The notes under the pieces are model-generated. The model had not been told where the DNA came from and did not search any database. It saw only the letters and a program-made list of their open reading frames with translations. Positions 9,905 to 17,622 of a DNA stretch of 32,000 nt are shown one piece after another. Source of the DNA: Synechocystis sp. PCC 6803 substr. PCC-P (GTDB lineage: Bacteria; Cyanobacteriota; Cyanobacteriia; Cyanobacteriales; Microcystaceae); the NCBI RefSeq assembly GCF_000284455.1, contig NC_017039.1, positions 3,510,001 to 3,542,000 on the forward strand, given 5' to 3'. The number at the start of each line of letters is the position of its first letter. The first letter of the stretch is position 1. Both the position numbers and the translations under genes were made by a program.

Positions 9905-10360
9905 AGGACACCAAAGAATCGAGATTGTGCCTGCCAGCCTTAACGATATCAGGCTATGTCCCGCTTAAACTCTGATTCTTACCAGGTAACTCCTGGGCTC
10001 CATGGGGCCACAACCAGGCAGTATTTTGTTCCTTTGGCCAATGGGGCGATCGGGGAAAAATGGCTTGATCTGGCATTTACGAGAAAAATTTTTATTTTTT
10101 AATGATTTATTTTTTCCTATTAAAATCTTTTTTTTACCTTTGGAAACCAACTGCAATCTGAGAAACCATCTTGTTTTTTTAAAGAAATATTATTAATCTG
10201 AAATTCAAGGGAAGTTAATCAATGCCAATAATTATCTCGCATTATTAATCCCCCTTTATCTATCTGGTTGAGTTGGATTTAGCTGATAGTTTATCACCAA
10301 AATAACAAGCAAAATCAAATCCAAGCTTAAACCCAAAATCTTACTTCGTAATTATTCGCT

Positions 10361-11443
10361 ATGACTACTACCCAATTAGGATTACAGGAACAAAGCCTGT
10401 GGTCACGGTTCTGTTGTTGGATTACTAGCACTTCTAATCGCCTTTACATCGGCTGGTTTGGGGTGTTGATGATCCCCACTTTGTTAACCGCTACCACCTG
10501 TTTTATTATCGCTTTCATCGCCGCTCCCCCGGTGGATATTGATGGCATTCGGGAGCCCATTGCTGGTTCTTTACTGTACGGTAACAATATCATCACTGCC
10601 GCCGTAGTGCCCAGTTCCAATGCCATTGGCTTGCACTTTTACCCCATTTGGGAAGCCCATAGCCTCGATGAATGGCTTTACAATGGTGGCCCTTACCAAT
10701 TGATTGTTTTTCACTTTTTAATTGGGATTTTTTGTTATCTCGGTCGTCAATGGGAATTGTCTTACCGTCTAGGAATGCGTCCTTGGATCTGTGTTGCCTA
10801 TAGCGCCCCCGTCGCCGCTGCCACTGCTACTTTGTTAATCTATTCCATTGGTCAAGGCTCTTTCTCCGATGGTTTACCCCTAGGCATCAGTGGTACTTTT
10901 AACTTCATGTTGGTGCTGCAAGCGGAACATAACGTATTGATGCATCCTTTCCACATGTTAGGGGTAGCTGGGGTGTTTGGTGGGGCTTTGTTTGCCGCTA
11001 TGCACGGTTCCTTGGTTACTTCTTCCTTAATTCGAGAAACTACAGAAGTTGAATCCCAAAATCAAGGTTACAAATTTGGTCAAGAGGAAGAAACCTACAA
11101 CATCGTTGCTGCCCACGGTTACTTTGGTCGCTTAATTTTCCAATATGCTTCCTTTAACAATAGTCGGGCTCTCCACTTCTTTCTGGGAGCTTGGCCAGTG
11201 GTAGGCATCTGGTTTGCCGCTTTGGCAGTTTGTTGTTTCGCTTTCAACCTCAACGGTTTTAACTTCAACCAATCCATTCTGGATGCCCAAGGCCGTCCCG
11301 TGAGCACCTGGGCCGATGTGATTAACCGTGCCAACATTGGTTTTGAGGTGATGCACGAACGCAACGTTCACAATTTCCCCTTGGATTTAGCTTCCGGTGA
11401 TGCCCAAATGGTGGCCCTGAACGCCCCCGCCATTGAAGGCTAG
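10361..11443 (+). CDS. psbA: Photosystem II D1 protein, divergent D1-prime isoform
   Basis: Full-length 360-aa D1 with a C-terminal extension after LDLA ([16 protein letters not shown]). It differs from the canonical D1 I remember: [15 protein letters not shown] versus NFMIVFQAEHNILMH (a change at F158), and IITAAVVP versus IISGAVVP (a change at G80). This matches the cryptic psbA1 type. Confidence 0.97.
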   Translation: MTTTQLGLQEQSLWSRFCCWITSTSNRLYIGWFGVLMIPTLLTATTCFIIAFIAAPPVDIDGIREPIAGSLLYGNNIITAAVVPSSNAIGLHFYPIWEAHSLDEWLYNGGPYQLIVFHFLIGIFCYLGRQWELSYRLGMRPWICVAYSAPVAAATATLLIYSIGQGSFSDGLPLGISGTFNFMLVLQAEHNVLMHPFHMLGVAGVFGGALFAAMHGSLVTSSLIRETTEVESQNQGYKFGQEEETYNIVAAHGYFGRLIFQYASFNNSRALHFFLGAWPVVGIWFAALAVCCFAFNLNGFNFNQSILDAQGRPVSTWADVINRANIGFEVMHERNVHNFPLDLASGDAQMVALNAPAIEG

Positions 11444-11493
11444 TGCCATTGCCATAACTGCTTTCGGTTAGACTTCGTTTCATTTGGTTAATC

Positions 11494-11522
11494 AAGGGCA
11501 CTCTCGCAATGGGGTGCCTTTT
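11494..11522 (+). terminator. Candidate intrinsic terminator after psbA
   Basis: AAGGGCAC (11494-11501) pairs with GTGCCTTT (11514-11521). The stem is 8 bp with one G-U pair, the loop is 12 nt, and the 3' arm runs into a T4 tract (11519-11522). It lies 51 nt after the stop codon. Confidence 0.4.
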
Positions 11523-11581
11523 ATGGTCCAAGGTTAAAGTTAAGCCAGTAAAGTTTAAGTCTATTTCTAGGGTGAAATGTA

Positions 11582-12094
11582 ATGAATCAATTTAGGGACT
11601 GGGGTTTTTCCACTGATTGGTGGCAAGGCAAAAAAGGGGAATATTGGGTACTTGGGCAAACAATTCTCTCCGTTGGATTTGTACTGTTACCGGTTTATAC
11701 TCCTACTAATTTACAGTTACTAGCTGAACAAAATCAGTGGATTGCCTGGGCTGGTACTCTGTTTTTTGGCATGATTGCGGCAGTTTTGCTGATTGGGGGG
11801 GGTCTGCATTTAGGGGAAAATCTGACTCCCTTGCCCCATCCTAAAAAGGATAGTCAATTGGTCACCACTGGTATTTACAGCATGGTCCGTCATCCCCTCT
11901 ACGGCGGCGTGGTTTTTCTGGCGATCGCCTATGGCTTTTGGCAATGGAGTTTGACCCATTTAATCGGAGCAGTGGTGTTATTTATATTTTTTAATCTCAA
12001 AGCTAATCGGGAAGAAATTTGGCTCCAAGATAAATTTAACGACTATGGCAATTATCGAGACCAGGTGAAAAAGCTGATTCCTTGGCTTTATTAA
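11582..12094 (+). CDS. Membrane methyltransferase of the isoprenylcysteine carboxyl / phospholipid methyltransferase (ICMT/PEMT) superfamily
   Basis: 170 aa and multi-TM. The C-terminal signature is LVTTGIYSMVRHPLYGG, followed by REE.WL...F..Y..Y, which is typical of the family. Confidence 0.7.
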   Translation: MNQFRDWGFSTDWWQGKKGEYWVLGQTILSVGFVLLPVYTPTNLQLLAEQNQWIAWAGTLFFGMIAAVLLIGGGLHLGENLTPLPHPKKDSQLVTTGIYSMVRHPLYGGVVFLAIAYGFWQWSLTHLIGAVVLFIFFNLKANREEIWLQDKFNDYGNYRDQVKKLIPWLY

Positions 12095-12125
12095 AGGAAT
12101 ATGAAGAAAAATATGGGAAAAAACT

Positions 12126-12710
12126 ATGTGGGATGAAAGATTTAGCCAGTCAGAATATGTTTACGGTACAGAACCGAATGATTTTTTGGTCAGTGTGGCC
12201 AATCAAATTCCCCAGGGAAAAATTCTTTGTTTAGCAGAAGGAGAAGGTCGTAATGCTTGTTTTTTAGCAAGTTTGGGTTATGAAGTGACCGCGGTGGATC
12301 AATCTTCGGTCGGTTTAGCCAAAGCAAAACAATTAGCCCAGGAAAAAGGTGTAAAAATTACCACTGTCCAGAGTAATTTAGCCGATTTTGACATTGTCGC
12401 GGATGCCTGGGAAGGCATTGTTTCCATTTTTTGCCATTTACCTTCTAGTTTAAGACAACAACTTTATCCCAAAGTTTATCAAGGCTTAAAACCTGGTGGA
12501 GTGTTTATTTTAGAAGGTTTTGCTCCAGAACAATTACAATACAACACCGGTGGCCCAAAGGATTTAGATCTATTGCCTAAGTTGGAAACGTTGCAGAGTG
12601 AATTGCCGAGTTTGAATTGGCTAATTGCCAACAATTTGGAACGAAATTTAGATGAGGGAGCTTACCATCAAGGGAAAGCCGCCCTAATTCAGCTATTGGG
12701 ACAAAAGTAA
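12126..12710 (+). CDS. Soluble class I SAM-dependent methyltransferase (small, TehB/TPMT-like)
   Basis: Motif I is ILCLAEGEGRNACFLA, followed by an acidic residue at the end of beta-2 (VTAVDQS). Motif post-I/II is LKPGGVFILE. Length is 194 aa. Confidence 0.75.
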   Translation: MWDERFSQSEYVYGTEPNDFLVSVANQIPQGKILCLAEGEGRNACFLASLGYEVTAVDQSSVGLAKAKQLAQEKGVKITTVQSNLADFDIVADAWEGIVSIFCHLPSSLRQQLYPKVYQGLKPGGVFILEGFAPEQLQYNTGGPKDLDLLPKLETLQSELPSLNWLIANNLERNLDEGAYHQGKAALIQLLGQK

Positions 12711-12740
12711 ACCACAATCGAATTTAATTATTCCATTTCC

Positions 12741-13235
12741 ATGGCATCAATTGTTTTCCGCTACCTTACTGTTCTCGTTTTTTCTCTTTGCTTAATGGGG
12801 TTTTTTTCCCCGCCGACCCTGGCGGCAGGTTCTCCTCCCTTGCTGAATTCAGAGCTCAATCCCCAGACTCAAACAATGGATTTGGCGATCGATAGCTTTT
12901 TAGATTCTATCCCTGCCAATTATTATGCTATTCGTACACCGGCAGCCCTGAAAAAACGATTAGATGATGCAAAAACTACCTTAGTGGATGTGAGGGAAGT
13001 TAAGGAATATCAAGCTGGACATATTCCCGGAGCAATCAATATTCCCTTGCGGACTTTAAGCCATAATCTGGCACAGATTCCCCCAGACAGAAAGGTTATT
13101 TTTTACTGTTCCACTGGCTACCGTTCCGCCATGGCGATGATGGCTTTAAACCTTTTAGGCTACGAAAATGTTCTGGCATTTTCTCCTAGTTTTACTGGCT
13201 GGCAAGCGGCAGGGGAAGCAATTGCCAAAGCTTGA
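12741..13235 (+). CDS. Secreted single-domain rhodanese (sulfurtransferase)
   Basis: It has an N-terminal signal peptide (LVFSLCLMGFFSPPTLAAG), the rhodanese fold pattern LVDVRE..EY.AGHIPGAINIP, and the active-site loop YCSTGYRS. Confidence 0.85.
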   Translation: MASIVFRYLTVLVFSLCLMGFFSPPTLAAGSPPLLNSELNPQTQTMDLAIDSFLDSIPANYYAIRTPAALKKRLDDAKTTLVDVREVKEYQAGHIPGAINIPLRTLSHNLAQIPPDRKVIFYCSTGYRSAMAMMALNLLGYENVLAFSPSFTGWQAAGEAIAKA

Positions 13236-13423
13236 TTAATGAATCCGACGAAATCTTCCTTTGTGCATAGTTAAATTACCCCCTTAACAAAAATTTATTG
13301 TTATAATAAAAAAAGTAAAGACAAGAAGAATAGTTTCAATATTTTATCCTTTACTTAATTGCGTAAGGATTTCAATTAATCTTAGGAAGAAATTTTTCCA
13401 TCCCCCATACGGAGATTATAATC

Positions 13424-13618
13424 ATGGCTACTAACATGGGTTCCATTGATCGTTTGATTCGCTTAGTTATTGCTTCAGCTCTGCTCTATCTTGGTCTTTT
13501 TTTCTACTCCGGCACTAGCCTGGGACTTGGACTTACTGCCGGAGGCGGATTGATGCTATTTTCCGCTACTTTTGGCTTTTGTGGGCTGTATAAATTGCTC
13601 GGCATTAGCACCAAATAG
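13424..13618 (+). CDS. DUF2892 (YgaP C-terminal-like) two-helix membrane protein
   Basis: 64 aa. It has the GSIDRLIRLVIA start, two hydrophobic helices and the terminal FCGLYKLLGIST motif typical of DUF2892. GGAG lies 9 nt upstream of the ATG. Confidence 0.7.
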   Translation: MATNMGSIDRLIRLVIASALLYLGLFFYSGTSLGLGLTAGGGLMLFSATFGFCGLYKLLGISTK

Positions 13619-13688
13619 ATCCGTATTTTGACTGTTACTGCTCACATTGTTTTGTTCTTTTCTCACCCTATTTAGCACTAATTTAATC

Positions 13689-14225
13689 ATGGATAACACA
13701 CAGGCGATCGCCCCCCCTTCCTATTCCCGTCGTCAATTACTCAACTTTTTAGCTGGCACCACCGTTGCTGTCACCGCCAGTGCAGGAGCCTACGCCATGG
13801 GGAAATTCTTTGTGCCCCCGGCTGAAAAAGGTGGAGCCGGAGGAGGCATTATTGCCAAGGATGTTTTGGGTAACCCCATCCCTGCTTCCCAAATTTTGGC
13901 GGAAGCTCCCGGCACCAGGGCTTTAGTGGCTGGTTTGGCTGGTGATCCCACCTATTTGATTGTTAAAGAGGACGGTAGCCTCGACAGTATCGGCATTGTT
14001 GATAGTTGTACCCACCTGGGTTGTACTTTTCCCTGGAATGGCAATGATCAAGAATTTCAATGTCCCTGCCATGGTTCCCGCTACCATCCCGACGGCTCTG
14101 TGGCCCGGGGGCCCGCTCCTTTGCCCTTGAAAATAGTGCAGGTGGCCGTGGTAGATGATCAAATTTTCATTTCCCCTTGGACAGACCTGGATCCCCGCAC
14201 GGGAGAGAAACCCTGGTGGGTTTGA
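13689..14225 (+). CDS. petC: Alternative cytochrome b6f Rieske iron-sulfur subunit
   Basis: It carries the Rieske boxes CTHLGC and CPCHGS, a twin-arginine anchor (SRRQLLNFLAG) and the b6f-type C-terminus. The ORF track starts at TTG 13647. I prefer ATG 13689 (MDNTQ..., 178 aa). The divergence from the major PetC suggests the petC2 paralogue. Confidence 0.9.
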   Translation: MDNTQAIAPPSYSRRQLLNFLAGTTVAVTASAGAYAMGKFFVPPAEKGGAGGGIIAKDVLGNPIPASQILAEAPGTRALVAGLAGDPTYLIVKEDGSLDSIGIVDSCTHLGCTFPWNGNDQEFQCPCHGSRYHPDGSVARGPAPLPLKIVQVAVVDDQIFISPWTDLDPRTGEKPWWV

Positions 14226-14285
14226 TAATTTTCAATTTTTGGCCAACAATCTTCAAAAGCTAAACTATTTTGGTCTTGTTAACTT

Positions 14286-14732
14286 ATGTGGATTAGTGCC
14301 ACCGTTGCGTATATTCATTACCTCAGTTTTATGGTTGCCTTTGGGGCATTGGTTACGGAGGCCCTGACTTTGAAAAAAGACCCTAATCTGGAGGAGTCCT
14401 GGCGATTGGTCATTGCCGATGCCGTTTATGGGCTGTCCGCCACGGCCGTCTTGGTTACGGGAATTTTGCGGGTGATGTATTTTGGCAAAGGCACGGATTA
14501 TTACCTGAGTCATCATATTTTCTTTGCCAAAGTGGGACTATTCATCGTGGTGGGGTTACTTTCCCTCTATCCCACTTTCTCGTTTTTGATGTGGATTAAA
14601 GCCCTACGCGATCGCCAGGCTCCCGTGCTGGAGGAAGGCAAAGTGTCTGTATTGCGGTGGTTGATTCGGGGAGAATTGGTTGGATTGGCCCTAATTCCCT
14701 TCACTGCCGCTCTGCTGGCTAGAGGTTTATAA
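14286..14732 (+). CDS. Four-helix membrane protein (DUF2214-like), function unknown
   Basis: 148 aa with four hydrophobic segments. It starts with ATG 60 nt after petC and lies on the same strand. The family assignment is from memory of similar cyanobacterial proteins. Confidence 0.55.
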   Translation: MWISATVAYIHYLSFMVAFGALVTEALTLKKDPNLEESWRLVIADAVYGLSATAVLVTGILRVMYFGKGTDYYLSHHIFFAKVGLFIVVGLLSLYPTFSFLMWIKALRDRQAPVLEEGKVSVLRWLIRGELVGLALIPFTAALLARGL

Positions 14733-14908
14733 CAGTCAAGGGTGAATCATACCTAGGAACTAGGTCAATTAACTCCTGGTCATTGTTAGGGATGCCAATT
14801 GGGACCATCCCTGGGCTAGAATATCGCTCAGACTCACACCTCCATAGTTCTAAGCTTGTTTGACTTTGCCCTAACCTGAATAAACCGCCGTTGCTTGGTG
14901 GCCTCGCC

Positions 14909-15949
14909 ATGACTGACTACTCCGCCCTTGATAAATCCTCTTTCGCTGCCAGTGAGTCTGACTACATTCAAGCAGAGCTAATGGCCGAGGAGGAAACTGG
15001 CCCTAGGGTGAGCTATGACCCAGGGGAGTCTAGCTTGGCCGCCCTAGAGCCGCCCCTAGAAGCAACAGGAAGTTTTGAGTTTAATTTTATTGACCGCCCA
15101 GTCCCCCAAGAAGAGGTACAGGGCACCCATCCTGCGGAAGAAGTTCTTACCCGTTTATTTACCCCTTGGAGTTTGGCGGGGTTGTTGATGTTGGTGGTGG
15201 CCAATGGACTGTTAACAATTTATGGTTTGACGGCTCGATCGCCGGGACCGACGATGGCGATCGCCCATTTTGACGGTTTGCCCCCCATTCCTCCTGGCTT
15301 ACCTCCAGTGGCCGATGCTGGCCCTGGACTCAATCTACAAAAGCTCAGCGAAATGGCTGTGGTACGAGATCCTCAACCTACGGCTCCTTCTGCTCCCCAG
15401 GCGATCGCCAGTCAGAATGTGCCAAGTAACCCTCCCGCCGCAATGGTTCCCCAGGCCCAGCCAGTGCCCATGGCCGGCTACAGCCCCTATTTAAATGCTC
15501 CTGGTTACACAGCCGCCGTTCCCGGTGCCATTACCCCTCCCCAATCCGTGCCTTCAGGGCAGCCACTGCCCACCATTGCCATTCAACCTATCCGTCAGGC
15601 CCCCACCCCTCCTTTACCCCCTCCCCCTCCGCCGCCGATAAATACGGGCATTGGTAATGGGATTGTTTCCCCACCGCCAGTGGCCAGGGCCGATTACGGT
15701 AATCAGGTTAGTGCTGCCCCTAGTTCCTCCTCTGCCGGTGGAGCCACTGTGGAGTCGCAAATGTATCAACAGTTGCCCAGTGGATCTGCCCCCAGTGCCG
15801 TTGCCAGTAGTCAATCTCCCAATCAAAAAAACTTTCATCAAGTGACAAGAACTTATAATCAGGGAGGAAGCGCTAGTGAGCGGGAAACTAACCCCGCCAC
15901 CCAACAGTTAGTGCAGGAATTGGAAAGCCTTAACCAGGCTCCCTATTAG
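14909..15949 (+). CDS. Single-pass membrane protein with an acidic N-terminus and a long proline-rich, low-complexity C-terminal region
   Basis: The ORF is open from TTG 14891 and the first ATG is at 14909. One TM helix is present (WSLAGLLMLVVANGLLTIYGL). The remaining ~230 aa are rich in Pro/Ala/Ser/Gln and include a P7 run. I recognised no catalytic motif. Confidence 0.6.
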   Translation: MTDYSALDKSSFAASESDYIQAELMAEEETGPRVSYDPGESSLAALEPPLEATGSFEFNFIDRPVPQEEVQGTHPAEEVLTRLFTPWSLAGLLMLVVANGLLTIYGLTARSPGPTMAIAHFDGLPPIPPGLPPVADAGPGLNLQKLSEMAVVRDPQPTAPSAPQAIASQNVPSNPPAAMVPQAQPVPMAGYSPYLNAPGYTAAVPGAITPPQSVPSGQPLPTIAIQPIRQAPTPPLPPPPPPPINTGIGNGIVSPPPVARADYGNQVSAAPSSSSAGGATVESQMYQQLPSGSAPSAVASSQSPNQKNFHQVTRTYNQGGSASERETNPATQQLVQELESLNQAPY

Positions 15950-15966
15950 GGTTGGCCCTCTTTGTC

Positions 15967-16638
15967 ATGGAACTTTTTAATCGGGTTGGACGGGTGTTGA
16001 AATCCCAGTTAACCCATTGGCAACAGCAACAGGAAGCGCCGGAGGATCTCCTCGAACGTCTATTGGGCGAGATGGAGTTGGAGCTGATCGAATTGCGGCG
16101 GGCCTTGGCCCAAACCATTGCTACTTTTAAAAGTACGGAACGACAGAGAGATGCTCAGCAGTTAATTGCCCAACGCTGGTACGAAAAGGCTCAGGCTGCC
16201 CTGGATAGGGGTAATGAGCAATTGGCTAGGGAGGCCCTTGGGCAAAGACAGTCCTATCAGAGTCATACGGAAGCCCTAGGTAAATCCCTCGGGGAACAAC
16301 GGGCCCTGGTGGAACAGGTGCGGGGACAATTACAAAAGCTGGAGCGCAAATATCTGGAGCTGAAAAGTCAGAAAAATCTTTACCTCGCCCGCTTAAAATC
16401 GGCGATCGCCGCCCAAAAAATTGAAGAGATTGCGGGCAATTTGGACAATGCCAGTGCCAGTAGTTTATTTGAGAGAATTGAAACCAAAATCCTGGAGTTG
16501 GAAGCGGAACGGGAATTGCTCAACCCTCCCCCATCCCCGCTAGATAAAAAATTTGAGCAGTGGGAGGAACAACAGGCGGTGGAAGCAACCCTTGCGGCCA
16601 TGAAAGCTCGACGCTCTCTCCCTCCCCCTTCCTCGTAA
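15967..16638 (+). CDS. pspA: Phage shock protein A family protein (PspA/IM30, short form without the Vipp1 C-terminal extension)
   Basis: It has the N-terminal amphipathic MELFNRVGRVLKSQL, a long coiled-coil heptad sequence, and the C-terminal LDKKFEQWEEQQAVEATLAAMKA, which parallels the end of E. coli PspA. The ORF track's TTG 15952 adds 5 aa. ATG 15967 fits the family N-terminus. Confidence 0.88.
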   Translation: MELFNRVGRVLKSQLTHWQQQQEAPEDLLERLLGEMELELIELRRALAQTIATFKSTERQRDAQQLIAQRWYEKAQAALDRGNEQLAREALGQRQSYQSHTEALGKSLGEQRALVEQVRGQLQKLERKYLELKSQKNLYLARLKSAIAAQKIEEIAGNLDNASASSLFERIETKILELEAERELLNPPPSPLDKKFEQWEEQQAVEATLAAMKARRSLPPPSS

Positions 16639-16673
16639 AAACCATAATTGCTAACGATAAATTAGCTGTCAAA

Positions 16674-17615
16674 ATGACCAATCTTCCCCACCAATGTGAG
16701 CAAATTTTTCTCTTGGACGGTGGCCTGGAAACGGAAATGATCTTCAACCGAGGTTTTGATCTACCTGCCTTTGCTGCCCATACCCTACTGTCCGATCCCC
16801 TGGGACGGGAAGCGTTAAAGAACTACTTCCATGGTTTCTTAGATTTGGCCAAAGAAAAGCAATTTGGCTTTTTGATCGACGCACCCACTTGGCGGGCTCA
16901 ACCATTTTTTGCGGAAGAGTTGGGGGTGAGCCTGGAAGAAATTCGGCAGGCTAATTTTCGAGCGGTGGAATTTGCCAGGGCACTAAAACAGGCTTATGTT
17001 AACGAGATCCAGCCCTTGCTAATTAATGGTTTGATTGGTCCCTGTGGAGATGCCTATGGTGGCGAACATTTCAGCAATGCGGAGGCAGCCCAAGTCTATC
17101 ACCGGCAACAAATTAGCTGGTTAGCGGAGGCCGGAGTCGATCTATTGGGAGCATTTACCCTGACTAGCGTTAATGAGGCGATCGGTATTGTCCGGGCTAG
17201 CCAAGAATTTTCCTTACCCGTCTCCATTTCTTTCACAGTGGAAACGGACGGTCGCTTGCCTACGGGGACGGCCCTGTCGGAGGCGATCGCCATTGTTGAT
17301 GAAGCTACCAATCAGGGAGCGGCATACTTTATGGTTAATTGCGCCCATCCCGACCACTTCCGTGCCGTAATCAGAGAAGAAGCTTGGCTGAGTCGCTTGG
17401 GGGGTTTTCGCTGTAACCCTTCCCGTCGTAGTCATGCCCAGTTAGATCAAGCAAATTTTCTCGACATTGGTAACCCGGTGGAATTGGCCCACTCCTATTG
17501 GACGCTGAAACAAAAAGTCCCTTCAGCCAATGTTTTTGGGGCCTGTTGTGGTTCTGACCTCCGGCATATCAGAGAAATTGCCAAGGTCTTTGACGAAAAA
17601 ATCTCGAAGATTTAA
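16674..17615 (+). CDS. Homocysteine S-methyltransferase family protein
   Basis: It shows LLDGGLETEM near the N-terminus, the GPCGDAY cysteine and the C-terminal zinc-ligand pair GACCGS. The track ORF (16560) overlaps pspA by 79 nt. The internal ATG at 16674 (MTNLPHQ...) removes the overlap and a low-complexity leader. Confidence 0.82.
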   Translation: MTNLPHQCEQIFLLDGGLETEMIFNRGFDLPAFAAHTLLSDPLGREALKNYFHGFLDLAKEKQFGFLIDAPTWRAQPFFAEELGVSLEEIRQANFRAVEFARALKQAYVNEIQPLLINGLIGPCGDAYGGEHFSNAEAAQVYHRQQISWLAEAGVDLLGAFTLTSVNEAIGIVRASQEFSLPVSISFTVETDGRLPTGTALSEAIAIVDEATNQGAAYFMVNCAHPDHFRAVIREEAWLSRLGGFRCNPSRRSHAQLDQANFLDIGNPVELAHSYWTLKQKVPSANVFGACCGSDLRHIREIAKVFDEKISKI

Positions 17616-17622
17616 AAAACGT

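Noticed and set aside
9965-10196. Two overlapping ORFs of about 63 aa lie on opposite strands in the psbA1 upstream region.
   Set aside because: They fall in AT-rich, homopolymer-rich DNA. Their products are Lys/Phe/Leu/Asn-rich runs produced by T- and A-tracts and look non-coding.
14719-14910. A 63-aa minus-strand ORF lies in the gap between the DUF2214 gene and the proline-rich gene.
   Set aside because: It overlaps the ends of both flanking plus-strand genes and has no start context or motif. It is probably spurious.
16560-16673. The long version of the homocysteine methyltransferase ORF overlaps the pspA 3' end by 79 nt.
   Set aside because: The extra 38 residues (MGGTTGGGSNPCGHESS...) are low-complexity and absent from the family N-terminus. 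The in-frame ATG at 16674 starts just before the conserved LLDGGLETEM motif and removes the overlap.
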